This document shows positions 26,916-39,245 of a DNA stretch of 64,000 nt, piece after piece (positions within the stretch are counted from its first letter, which is position 1; each line of letters starts with the position of its first letter). Origin of the DNA: Hydrolagus affinis. Lineage: Eukaryota. Both the position numbers and the translations under genes were made by a program. The stretch lies in contig JAAILG010000063.1 in NCBI GenBank assembly GCA_012026655.1, positions 1-64,000 on the forward strand, written 5' to 3'. The notes under the pieces are model-generated. The model did not search any database. It was not told the DNA's origin and saw only the letters and a program-made list of their open reading frames with translations.

Positions 26916-27989
26916 ATCTTACATAGCTTAATAATAGTGTAACATGTCTTTGAAATGCGTTTATTCAGCAGATTGGGATTTGAGAGGTATTTGATGAGGC
27001 AAATTAGACCATAGAATACAAAACAAAAATAGTTTAGACAACAACCTGTGGTCAGCATTGACCTTATAAACTTTGAAACACCTCCGACTAGGGAGGGATT
27101 GGAGCTAGACATAAACTAAATTCCTTGGGGTAGATGGGGAGGGAGGTAGAATTATCAAACATATGGTCTACCGTTTGCCTGAAACTTACCATATTAATTA
27201 TCAAGTTGGCTAGTTTTATGGATCTCAGTTTCAGTGCTATATTATTTCTAAATATTAAAAGCACCCACCCTTCACTGCTCACAGGAAATGCCTGAACACC
27301 TTTGGGAGAATGGAAGATCATTTTAGATCAATGGCACAGATTTTAGTTTACTGGCAAGATATCCCAAAGGGAAGTCAGAATGGAGCAACCCAGCCTTGAG
27401 CAATCAACAACAACAAAATTACTCTTGCAGAGCACTTTTCACATCAGGCAGACGTCCCAAGGCGCTGGAACAGACATAACAGCAGATGAGCTGACAAGAG
27501 AGACATGCATAATATCGTTTAAAAAGCACACACTTGAGGAAAAAACTTGAGAGGGTTGTGAGGGAACTCGCTCATCACTCCAATTCTACACCCACACCAT
27601 CAAATACCGAAAAGGAGCCTGTCGAGTTAAATGCCATTTGTGAATGTTTATGGCATATTGCTTTCATTGCTGCTAATTACTGGTGGATATTGCCTTTGAG
27701 AGCGGCGCAAGAAGGTGATAACACATTCACTCCAATGTCATCTACCCATCTGCACTTGTGGACATCCCCAAAGCTAAAATCTCAGAGAGGCTGCCAGATG
27801 TGAAATGGTTTAAATGACTGTGTAACACACCATATCTGTACCATTAATAAGTTAATATTACCTGTGGAAAATCCAGCTATATGCCTGTCCGCGTTCACTG
27901 ATTTGACTTTTCTCACTTCATAACTGCGTTACCTGCTTTTCAATACATTCTATTTCAGTGTTAAAGTGTGCATCCTCTTGCCTGTGCAG

Positions 27990-28126
27990 GTGGCTGTGAT
28001 AAATATTGATAAGATTCCAGATTCACCAACAGGGTTTATTGGCAGAGCAACCAATCGCTCTATGGGCCAACCTAACTATACCTTCAGCAATCTTGGTAAA
28101 AGTCAAAGACTTCCACCACCTGAAAG
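27990..28126 (+). CDS. Candidate gene X exon 2 (VAVINIDKIPDSPTGFIGRATNRSMGQPNYTFSNLGKSQRLPPPE)
   Basis: cctcttgcctgtgcag acceptor, AG|gtacgt donor; 137 nt, phase 0/2, open. Confidence 0.55.
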
Positions 28127-28554
28127 GTACGTACAAATGTGTAGAGGAGTTGTTGGTTGAGAGTAAAAAGGCATTAAATCAAATGAAATAAATATTATTA
28201 GTATTTTTATCAGTGCCTTCTCAAACTACTTGGATGCACACTCCACCTCACGCAGTCTATCTGAAACCTCAGTGTCTTGATTGACTCTCAAGTGTCTTCT
28301 AAACCTCTTATTTGTGCTCTGATCCATTCAGCTTTTTTCCACCTCTGTAGTATTGCCTGATGACCCCACCATTACCTCTGATATACTTCAGAGGAATAAG
28401 CTTTGGAATTCATCTTTTCTCAAAGTACAATAATAGCAAATCCAAACAGTGCCTGGGAATGAACATTTTCTCCCCTTGACAGTGATACCCAGTTTTGATG
28501 AAGGCAAATCATGTAACAGAAGTAGATGTGGAATTTTTATTAAAATATTAAAGT

Positions 28555-28731
28555 AATAATAAATTGGTCATTTCAATTCATGCCTGTTTGTGGGACACTG
28601 CTGTGCGCAATTGGCTGTCACGTTTTGCCCACGAATATACAGTCAATTCACTTTATAGTATATTCTGTGAAGTGCTATGAGAGATCTAGAAGACGTGAAA
28701 AACGCTGTATCAAATGCAAGGATTATTATTA
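28555..28731 (+). mobile_element. 5'-truncated SINE copy (similar partial copies at about 29735-29850 +, 33110-33245 +, 34640-34730 -, 48290-48405 - and 59052-59255 +)
   Basis: Core and tail homology. Confidence 0.75.
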
Positions 28732-28781
28732 TGTGTACTGCCGGGCCTACGTTTTAAGTCACTTACTTTCCCCCTGTGTAG

Positions 28782-28845
28782 CTTGCTCAATCCACACACC
28801 ATTCTTCAACAGAAGGAGCCATCTGCACCCTGCCTAAAGCAATGT
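28782..28845 (+). CDS. Candidate gene X exon 3 (SLLNPHTILQQKEPSAPCLKQC)
   Basis: ctttccccctgtgtag acceptor, gtgagc donor; 64 nt, phase 2/0. Confidence 0.5.
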
Positions 28846-29237
28846 GTGAGCGACTCGTATAATTTATGGTGCCTTTCCAGTTTCCCTATTGTACCTCGTT
28901 TATGAACTTGCCTCACCTGTGTCAGGATTTGTTCCTAAAGGTGCAGCAGTGAATGGAAACTCGCCATCTGAACATTCCAGTCAAAATGACACATGTCAAC
29001 ATAAGGGCACAGAGCATTCACTCCAATATGGACTACTGCATAAGCATGTTTTGCTATTGCTGTAAGGTTTAGCCTTTTTTAAAAATACTGTATTATTACC
29101 TGTATGTAGTACATACCTTCCTTGCCGTCTTTACACAGACAGAGGTTGCGGGCTAACGTGACCACGGCCACCTCTCTCGTAGTTGAGGCTATGAAAACCC
29201 AAATAAACCAGTTAGTGATTTCTCCTTTCAAACACAG

Positions 29238-29262
29238 CACTTCAGCTCGGCTGCATCATCCG
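29238..29262 (+). CDS. Candidate gene X exon 4, a 25-nt exon (HFSSAASS)
   Basis: tttctcctttcaaacacag acceptor, CG|gtgagt donor; phase 0/1. Confidence 0.45.
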
Positions 29263-30477
29263 GTGAGTCATTTCTGTTTTATTTCGGAAAAAAGTGATCG
29301 TGCATACCTTATTGTGGCTTGGATAGCTCGAGCTCTGCATTCTAATTATTTGCGAAGCCTCACTGAATGGTTTTGGTATTTGATACTGCAAATAGGCACA
29401 GTGCCCTCTTGGGTTAGCAAAAGAGAGCTTTCAGGATCCCTCTTCCTGATTGTTATTCATTGACTTCTACTGACAACACGCGTGTGTGCTGAGTAAGGCT
29501 GTGTTGCCTGTTTTAGTGGAATATTGTGCCAACTTACACTCTCCATAAAGAATTGTCAGTTGGATGGTGTACAGATGGACTCCTGGCAACAAGTACCCAT
29601 TGCCTTAAGCGTAAAAGGGAAGAAATTGGAGGGAAGTTTATAGGAGCTTTTAAATTTTTTTTAATAAGTAAGGATCATACTCCATGCAAATGAAAGGGTT
29701 TGCCATTTGATACAAGGAGGTTTTGTGCAGTGCTAGGTTTCGTCCACAAAATATACAGTCGATTAACTTTGCAGTATATTCTGTGAAGCTCTTTGAAACT
29801 CCTCAAAGATGTGACAAGTTGCTATATCAAATTCAATGATTATGATTATTTATTGTGTGGCTCGGTTTACACAGCCATATCGTATTTCTGTTAACCAAGT
29901 ACAATAACGATTAAATCAAATGGCCCAAGGAGTCGTCTTCACCTGAACTTGTATTGTAATCTTGTGCCATCTTTCTCATAGTTAGAGATAAATTGGGATG
30001 TCGTGGCAGAGAAATTGGGGCATGTGGGGCATCCCATCCCCTATGGGGAACCATATGAATCACATTATCTGTTAGCAGTTCCTAAATACACAAAATCGTT
30101 CAACCATTGTCACCTGTGTTCCTTTTGAAGCTTGTCTGATTCAAATCAAGCTTTGAAAATTTTCAAAACAGATCAGGATACACCTACTTACGAGGTCACA
30201 TAAACCAGCCTGATTTTATATATAATCTCTACGCCCCAAACTGACTGCTACAGCAACATACTCCATCTGGTGGTTTGGAAGTTAATTGACATCTCTTCCG
30301 AGTGGAACTGAGAGCCGGATAATTCTGGGATTCAAAGTTGTGATTAGTTAGTTGGAAAACCACCAGTTAAATTTTCTTTACAGTGGTCCATTTCTATTTG
30401 TACTCTGTCGCTGTTGGTAAAAGATAGTCTTAAAATTGTAAAACAATTATCTCTTTGGACCCAGTGCTTTTCCCCAG

Positions 30478-30592
30478 GAGATGAATTAAAGCTTGAAATC
30501 TTAAGTGAAGTTCAGCAGATGAAAAAGCTAATGAGTGATAAGAAACCTCCTCATTGCCACTCCTTGGTGAAAGGCCGGCTACTGAAAGCCAG
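30478..30592 (+). CDS. Candidate gene X exon 5 (GDELKLEILSEVQQMKKLMSDKKPPHCHSLVKGRLLKA)
   Basis: cttttccccag acceptor, AG|gtaaag donor; 115 nt, phase 1/2. Confidence 0.55.
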
Positions 30593-31336
30593 GTAAAGTA
30601 CTGAGGATCAAGTACAGAACAATAAAAAGGCTATAGTGTTCAAACATTTTCCCGTAAATTATTGTTTGTTTGCCTCAAAGCGCTTCACTGAATGAGTTAG
30701 TTTGAAGTGTTATTTAATTGCATGTAGGCAAAAACAGCACCCAATCTGTACCAGCAACATTTCACCATACATTTCCATACAAGTTACATGCTTTCAAATT
30801 TCAAAAGATATGTTTGGCAAAAACAACAACAAAATTATGTTTGTATAGCTCAGGCCTGTTGCATGTTCTTTGCCTCCTGCACTCCACTATTAGCAGTCAA
30901 GTTTTCAGCCACTATGTCCCTACCTTCTGAAACTACAACTCCCTCCTTAAAATCTCTTCACTTCTCCTCCTAAAGAAAGCTTTTGGTCATCTGTGACTAT
31001 AGTCACCATCCATCAAACCCACCAAATTCCCACAGTGCCTGCAAGGTGTGGGCAATGCCTTAGCAAAGCGATTTGAAACATTACCCAACATGAAGAGCAA
31101 CAACAACTAGCATTTATATAGCACCCTTCATGCCAGGTCGTGTCTTGGACAGAGTGCTTGAAAAGCTTTGTATAAATACTTATAGATAATTAAATACTTG
31201 TGCTGTAATGCATAAGTGCAGTTGTGTGCAAATTAAAAATGGAATTTATTAAGAGATCATTAAACTTTAGTATTTTAGTTTGTCTATAATGTGTTATGAC
31301 GGTAATCTGATCATGTTTCAACTGTTTTCCTGGCAG

Positions 31337-31481
31337 ATTGAAGCCTCTCTACCCGGTGGTTGATGAAGGACCAAGTATTGCTCAATGCAGAGGCATTTTA
31401 CCAGGTTATTTCAAAGCAATTCCTAATTGGAGAGTCAGAATTGTTGAGCAAAGTTATCATATTTGCTTGCACTGTATTTAA
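31337..31481 (+). CDS. Candidate gene X terminal exon (RLKPLYPVVDEGPSIAQCRGILPGYFKAIPNW...CI*)
   Basis: tgttttcctggcag acceptor; phase-2 join open to TAA; AATAAA at 32080. Confidence 0.45.
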
Positions 31482-31950
31482 GCACTAATTGTGCAAACTT
31501 TCAATTTTGATTTGTCATAGAAATCGCAAACTGCAACCGCAACCCAAGAATCTGTATAAATACACCTTATATAGATTCTGCGAAAGAGATGCTGATGAGC
31601 CTTTACCAGATGCCCCTCTGCTGTCTGCAGAAGGTAGGGGTGAATCTTTTCCTGAATAAGATTGGCAGAGCTTCAGACGTTACTCTTGTGGTTGCAACGC
31701 TCTTTCAGATCGCGATAACATTGATGAGCGGTTACCATATTGCTGGCACTGTATTTAAGCACTGATTGTGTGAACTTTCATTTTTCAATTTTCATAGAAA
31801 TCTGAAACTACAAATCCAAAGTCAGCTGAAGAGGTTCCATGAGCAGTTTGTCAGAAATACACATTTTATAGATTCAGCGAGAGAGATGCTGATGAGCATT
31901 CACCAGGATACGGTGATGCTGAATATTTTCCGAAATAACATTGCCAAATA
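31440..31950 (+). repeat. Diverged local tandem duplication with a period of about 280 bp
   Basis: gcactgtatttaagcact.attgtg..catagaaatc..tatagattc.gcga.agagatgctgatgagc occurs twice. Confidence 0.85.
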
Positions 31951-34900
31951 AGAAAATGCTGTAAAATATATATGACAAAAGTATCTGTGCTAGATATTGT
32001 TGACTCCCATCCATTTCATTAACACTATTGTTTGAAACCTTGTAAGCCAATATAGGAAATATTCAAACCTAATATAGGAAATAAAATAACAAAGTACTGT
32101 AACTTGGATTGAGAACTGAGAGAAACAAAATATAAATTATTGTTGTGACTGTAGGAATACTATGGAGGAACACAAACACCACAGATACCCAGATGGCTAT
32201 CGTTGATCTTACATCATCATAAGCAATGTAGTTGATCAACTGATACATGTATCAGCATGTATCATGACAGATCAACCTATGTACTAAATGACAAACCAAA
32301 CCGATTGATGTACCTAATCAAAAATTCTGCATCATTTCCTACCCTGGGCAGAACAGATCAGCAAAATCAGCAGCATTACTTTGGAGAGTTGGAACAAAAA
32401 TTAACTGAAATTCAGCAATTTGTTTATTCTGTGGAGAGTCAAAATAGGAGTACTAAAAGCATGATTTCACATTTTAAGAGTATTCTGAGAATATTTTCAC
32501 GGTTATGTAACACTGCCATCTGGTGGTATTAAGGCTAAATTGAAACGTTCAAATGGGGTGAGAAAGGGTCACACACAATTCAGTAACTGTGAGCATTTTG
32601 GTAGAAACATGATTCACTTGGATGATGAGATAGACAATATGGTATTTTCCTTTGAGGATAAATTTAACTCTTATTTTAAAAAAAAAAATACATTTCACCC
32701 TAGAAGTGAAACTGGAAAGTTTTTAATTGATAATTAATTTCCTCTGGGTGTTCTTTGGCAGTGCTGTATTATCACTTAGAAAGGCACTGAAAAGGGAAAT
32801 ATATGATTTTTAAGAGAAGCCATAATACATTTAAAAAATACATTTGTGGTGTTAGAATAGAGCTCTGGGCTCTAACTTGTGTGAGGGGTGCTATATAAAT
32901 GCAAGCTGTTGTTGTAGTGACAATTGGAGGATTTTAAAACCAAAGAACTTTCCATATTTAAGGAATCAAAGTGAAATGTTTCAGTAAGAACAAAAAGCAA
33001 AATGTACAGAATATTGCTGCTAGTGTTTTAAATAATTTGATTTCACAACATTAATTAATGTGTGTTTTACAACAAGCAGCTGTTTTTTACATGTGTGATG
33101 TGCAAAATTACTGTGCTTGATTGGCTGCTCCGTTTCGCCCCCAAAATATAGTCTTTTCACTTTACAGTATATTCTGTGAAGCGCTTAGAGATGTCTCAAA
33201 GACATCATAAGGCACTATATCAAATACAAGGATTGTTATTATTACTGCCACTCAAAAGTCTTTGCTGCACTTAAAAGTATTTTACAATATTTAGCAGTGC
33301 ATTTCTTACACAATTGCAATTTTTCTTAAACATAATTGGCAATACACATTAAGACACATGGAAAAAATTAATAATAGATCAAGATTAATTTTATTTCTGG
33401 TGCTTCATTCAATACAAACCATAAAACTTAAAATAAACACCAATAAAAGAGCATTCTGCTTACATGATCAGCTGGGTCACTTGGGTCAACATTTCAGTTG
33501 TCTAGAGAATTTGTAGCCATTTCACAAACATTATTGAAGGTAGAGTACAAAACCAGTCTGCATGACAGATACAGCTTTTATGTATTTTCAGGTGTTTTGT
33601 GAGTCTATGTGTGTCTCTCTCTACGTGAGTGATCATGTCTCTGTGTTTGAATGTCTGTGAATGTGTGTTTCTATGTGGTTGTGACTATCTATGCGAGTGA
33701 ATCTCCTCCTGTCTGTTTATGTGTCTTTGCATCTATGAATGTCTCTCTGACAAATCAATCCATAAAATACTTGCAACAGATTAGTTCATTTCAAACACAT
33801 CTAGAGTTTGTTGAACCGACAGGTGTGAAGCAACTGAATTTGCTATCCCAGTGAATTTCCAAACTATCAGTTTTAGTTTCAATATTTTTGTTGTGATTGT
33901 TGTATTTTCAACTGATGCAATTTACAGGTGCTGAATTTGGTGACTATCATTACAAGACACATTAAAAGCAAAATATTTTGTTCTTTTACAATTAAATGCC
34001 TGGAACTTATATCAGATAAGATTTGGCTAATATGTTCTATGCTACCAACTCATACATCACTTATGCTTCATATCAAAAGCAGATTGAATACAAATGAGGC
34101 ACTTTATTGCAAACCCAGTTGAATACACTATGTATTGGTTTCACAGCATGTACAGTATTTAACTTTGCAGTCTCATCCCTATGTACTCAATGAGGTGCCA
34201 TGCCATTCAGTGAGGCTTGGCAAATACTGTTTTCATGTGGGAGAAAAAAAGACCGCAACGTCCCTGAACTTTTGGACCGTAGTATTTAAACGATGAAAAA
34301 TTAACTTGGGACTTCATACTGACAGGAGCTTGGAAGACTTTATTTGCCCTTTTTGAAGTCTCTTTACGGAGGGCTTTGCACTAGGTGAAGCAGACGTAAC
34401 AAACAAATTAAGTAATTATTTTCGAATACATAGTGCTGGCTACCCCTAATGACACACAAATACCTGAGAAATCTCAGTATTTATAGAAAGGAGACATAGC
34501 CTAATAATGGTGGTTAGATTTTTTTAAAAATGTTTCACAAATTTGCCAAGATATTTTTCTCCTTGCAGTCAAGGTTAATAGTATTGTACAGATCTCTGGA
34601 TGATAATCTGTTTTTTTCTTACAGCAACTCTAATGACAATACTAATCCTTACATTTGATATAGCGCCTTATCATGTCTTTGAAACATCAAGGTGCTTGAC
34701 AGAATATACTGTAAAGTGAATTGATTATCTTTTCTGATGCAGAACAATAGGGAGGTTCAGTGTGAGGGAGAAAGTTCAGTTAGTATGGGGAAATTTTAAT
34801 GCTTCAGAACAGTTTAAATCAATTTAAACAAAATTATTGCAATTAATTGCAAAATTAATATCCTCTAACATCCATGTCACCATTCATCACAATTTAGAAA

Positions 34901-36058
34901 ACAGAACCGTAGCAAATGGTTATCCGGGTACAAGGATTTCTATAATACAGTAGTAATGATGGAATTTTACAAAAAAATTCTACTTCCATTGTTAAGTACA
35001 AAGACTACATATAAATATCTTCACTTTATTAAAATTAATAATACTGAATGAATTATTTGAGAATTTAACGGAATTCATGAAAAATATTCATAGAAGAATA
35101 TTAACACAATGATTATTGGTGTGGTCACAACCAGAACCTCCCTTAAAAAGCGAATTTACAATAAAAAGGCAAAAAGGGAATAATTTATTGTTAAAGAACA
35201 TTTCATGATTAATGAATAAAACCGAGGAAAATAATGTTGAGGGAAGGAAGAATTAAAATGAATCGCAAAGGTAAGTTAATTCAACCTTCAGTAAAGTAAT
35301 CTGGACCAGTGCCATGCTCACTCTGATTAAATATTTGGAGACATCATGGATCATGGTTTTATTTTCTTTTGCTGTAAAGTCTCAAGGTTTGACCCAGAAT
35401 GTACCAGAGGATGATGTAAATGACCAGGGCAGATTAGAAATTGGGGCTGTTAAGCGCAGAGGTTCAGTTATTGTTAAGAACACGCTGTTCTATTTCTGTG
35501 TGCATAATATTGCATATTATGCTGTTAACCTTCATGCTTATATTACAAGCTAACGTTAAATTCAGGCAGATCTGGGATATCTATGTGGGAACATGGGATT
35601 TATGTTACACTGAAGTCAGAAATATTGGCGGTACAATTAATGGGGTACCTTACCCATAACAGGAGTAGTCTTAACATTAAAGCTCGTGTTTCATCTGATT
35701 AAAGAAGTTCAAGCAATCAGATCAAATGTACATCAGACTTGTAAATAGCTATGGTATGTAAACCATCTGTGTATTGCAGCTCACGGAATATAGTACTGTA
35801 CATAATCAGTATTGAGAACACAATATTTCTTCAGATTATGTAATAAGTCTTATTTTGTAACAATTTTGCAGTCTGAAAATTACTTTTGTTACTAATTTAT
35901 GTAAGGCACTAACAATCATTCATTTTTTCTCCCAAAATAGTAAACTCAGTTCAGGTGGATTTCTATTCAAAGTTTAAAAAAAAACTCTGTCCACATCAAA
36001 AGAGAATGTTGCAGTGTGTAAGCCACCTTGTGTTACAGTAATAGTCACTTCCTCAGTG

Positions 36059-36277
36059 CTACGTCCTGCTTCTGCTGTCACTGCAAAATAGACTTCTCAG
36101 CATATACACCTGAAGCACCGATACTATGAGCATCACAGTCAGATTCACTGCAGACCATAGATTTACACGTTCATAATTGCCTTCTTGCAAGTTCCGATCC
36201 CGTGCTTCGAAGGCTCGTAACATTCCCTGAATCTGGCTGCTCCTACTCAGCCTGGCTTTCACGTTGTATACAGATTG
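36059..36277 (-). CDS. TMED5: TMED5-like (p24 gamma) exon 4: QSVYNVKARLSRSSQIQGMLRAFEARDRNLQEGNYERVNLWSAVNLTVMLIVSVLQVYMLRSLFCSDSRSRT*
   Basis: LRAFEARDRN motif, transmembrane helix and cytosolic tail; tttaag acceptor; 219 nt. Confidence 0.9.
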   Translation of the reverse strand, partial: QSVYNVKARLSRSSQIQGMLRAFEARDRNLQEGNYERVNLWSAVNLTVMLIVSVLQVYMLRSLFCSDSRSRT

Positions 36278-37119
36278 CTTAAAAACACAAAAAAATACAC
36301 AAATTATAGGACAAAATGGTGGCATTAGATTAATAGTGGCAGAATTTATACCTGGTTACTTAATTTGCTTCTTAAAATATGCTATTTTGTCATTTAAAAT
36401 AATGGTCTCCCAATCATTATTATATTTCACAGGCCAGATTTTAAAGTGCATTGAACCAGAAAGGTTTCCCTCCTCAAGCTTCCCCCCTATCCCTTTTGAA
36501 AGTAAGATTATGCTTGCTAGATTAACATTTGTTCCAATACATTTCCCAGTGTGGCTAAAATAACATACTCAATTCTGAACAGGTTCTAAAATGAGGCACT
36601 GGATTATCAATGACAAATAAAATGTAACTGTCACAACTAGAAATATAATCCTTGCAAAATGCCATTGCTATTTACACAAATTTTCTAATGTGTTTATTTT
36701 TTAAGTTCACATCATGATTCTCAAAGAAACACTTATTGAAGCTGCTTCAGGCTTTTCTAATACAGTATTTATCACTTTATTTCTACTCAAATACCCTACT
36801 CATTTTCCTGTACCTAATTCTAGTCATTATTTGTATAAATTTTAAAAGAAAAACTCTTTACTCATATTTTCCCTAGTTCCAAATATGGCATTTTTCTAAT
36901 AACAGTAGAAAATTTTCTAATGAACAAATAGTCCAAAGCAAGCAGTAATTAATTGTCAGCTAGCCGTGGGACCCACAAGACCATATCAATCTGATAATAA
37001 ATACACTGACACATTTGGACTGTACAGTAGAGTACTATATATGCATTTCGATTGTTTGAAGACAGGTCAACAATCGGGTCAACTGTACTGTAGTTTATCT
37101 CAAAGCAAAATGTACTTAC

Positions 37120-37303
37120 TAGAATATCCTGTAGTCTCATATCATGCAGTTCCCCTCCTGATACAAATTCTTCCCAGCTTCCTGTTGATTCGTTATTACT
37201 TTCCATGTTATCCAGGATAATTTCAAAGAAGATGATCTTCTCAGAGAGAGAACTGAATGTGTTGTCAAAGCAGAACTTATAGTCTCCATTCTCAGTCTCC
37301 ACA
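37120..37303 (-). CDS. TMED5: TMED5-like exon 3: VETENGDYKFCFDNTFSSLSEKIIFFEIILDN...DMRLQDIL
   Basis: GOLD-domain second Cys (GDYKFCFDNTFS); ttcag acceptor, gtaagt donor; 184 nt, phase 2/0. Confidence 0.92.
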
Positions 37304-37491
37304 CTGAAAAATGCAGGTTATTTTTTAGGATAATCTTCAAATATATTTGCAAAGTAATGCAGGAAGTGAGGGAGGAAAATTAATTTCTGTTACCGTCTCA
37401 TATTGTTTTACTGCAACACTGCACTATACATGTACTGTACTGTAAACTGGTAATGGAAAAGGACTTGAATTTGTACACTGGATTTTATAAT

Positions 37492-37640
37492 GTCCTGTAC
37501 CTTAGTGGTTAGAGTACACTCCTCGCAAGCGCAAGGACTTTGGTTCAATTCCTGGGCAGGGCAAAATGTTGGACATATGTGCTTACTCCACATGCTTCTG
37601 TTCACCTAGCAGAGGTGAAGTAGGAACCTGGTTGTTAGTT
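37492..37640 (+). mobile_element. tRNA-headed SINE with a different body (ctgttcacctagcag..taggaacctgg)
   Basis: Degenerate A/B boxes followed by a non-Deu body. Confidence 0.5.
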
Positions 37641-37867
37641 GCTTTTCTGGGGGTAATAATCACTTCAAATAATTTTTTGAAAAATAATAATTTGAACATT
37701 CAACAACAACAACAAATTATTTAGCGCCCTCCACTCCAGATGGCATCTCAGAGCGCATTCAATCTACGACTGTTTGTGGGACAATGTATGCAATTGGCTG
37801 CCACGTTACACCCACAAATGTACAGTACAGTCAATCAATTATGAAAATGTGTTAAGCGTTGATTTAC

Positions 37868-37965
37868 CTGTGAATCCCATCAGCTTTCCTCCGCTCAAAC
37901 TCCAGGATGTTTCCATTTGGTGCCTCCAAATAGAAATCCACATCTAATCCTGCTCCAGCAATCAC
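37868..37965 (-). CDS. TMED5: TMED5-like exon 2: [32 protein letters not shown]
   Basis: ctag acceptor, gtaaat donor; 98 nt, phase 0/2; GAGLDVDF and RKADG motifs. Confidence 0.92.
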
Positions 37966-38099
37966 CTAGAGAGGGAAATTGGATGCGCTTAAAAGGTTGT
38001 AATTGTTGGCATTAGTGCTTTAAGGAAAAAATAAACTTAATTGGGTGTTTAATCTCTCTAAAACAAGTAAGCATTACACAATGCCATTTTACAGGGCAC

Positions 38100-39245
38100 C
38101 TTCTACCCCTCTATAAAATTCACATGGACCATCTGCGACTTGTTCCTTCTCTTCCCCGACTTCACCATTTGCATCTCGGATCATGGATGTATTTTACAAA
38201 AGCCCACCAACTCCCACAGCTATTTGGAGTACACATGTCTTCTTTTTTCCTTGACCGAGGGTTCCATTCTGGTAGACGGAGCCTTAGACGGTGTCCGCTC
38301 TATTACCTGCACCTCTGCCTTCACCCATTCCCCCTCTTCCCAGAACCTTGATAGTCCTCACCTTCCACCCCACCAGCATCAATATCCAAAGGATAATTCT
38401 CTGCCATTTCCATCACCTCCAGTGTGACCCCACCACAAAGCATATATTTCCCTCCCCTCTCAGCATTCTGAAGGGTCTGTTCACTCCCCCATCAACACCA
38501 ACAGTCGCTCCCCTTCCCCCGGCACCTTCCCATACCAGCACAGGAGGTGCAATACCTGCCCTTTCACCTCTTCCTAGACCACTGTCCAAAGAAGTTTTTA
38601 TGTGAGACAGTGTTTTACATGTACTATCACCAATGTAGTATATTGCATCCCCTGCTCACGATGCATTCTTCTCTACATTGGGGAGACCAAACGCAGATTG
38701 GGAGACCGATTTGACAGAACACCTCTGTTCTGTCCGCAAAAACGAAAACCTACCAGTTTTGTGCCATTTCAACTTTCCTTCCCACTCGCAATCTGAGCAT
38801 CCACGGTCTCCTTTGCTGTTCCAATGAACCGCAGCACAAGCTTGAGGAACAGCACCTTATCCAACTGCTAGGAACCTTACAGCCCTCTGGCCTTAATATT
38901 GATTTCAACAATTTCAGGTCGTAACAGCTCACCTCCCCCTCTTCTGCAACCATTTGATCTGCCAATTTGGCAATTTCACTCTGCTTTGTTTTCACGTTAT
39001 TAACACCTCTTTCCGGTTTTGTTTCACAACATTAACATCTCTTTTATCATCTCCTGCCTTCTATCCAATTTTCTCCTTTGTCTTCCTTGCTCTGCCTCCT
39101 CCCTCTCTGTTAAACTTAAAAGCCTCTCCCTCCCAACATGCCCCAGTTCTGACGAAGGGTCGTGGACCTGAAACGTTGACTCACTTTTCCTTTCTCCATA
39201 GATGCTGCCTGACCTGCTGAGTGTTTCCAGCGACTTCTGTTTTTG
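38100..39245 (+). mobile_element. Degenerate Penelope-like element: RT C-terminal remnant, GIY-YIG endonuclease and 3' end with a hammerhead-like motif
   Basis: KPTNSHSYL; NVVYCIPCSRCILLYIGETKRRLGDRF; CTGACGA..GAAAC at 39149-39174. Confidence 0.88.
39143..39183 (+). ncRNA. Minimal type-I hammerhead ribozyme-like motif
   Basis: Helix I AGUU/GACU, core CUGACGA, helix II GGUC/GACC, GAAA, palindromic AACGUU, predicted GUU cleavage triplet. Confidence 0.55.
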
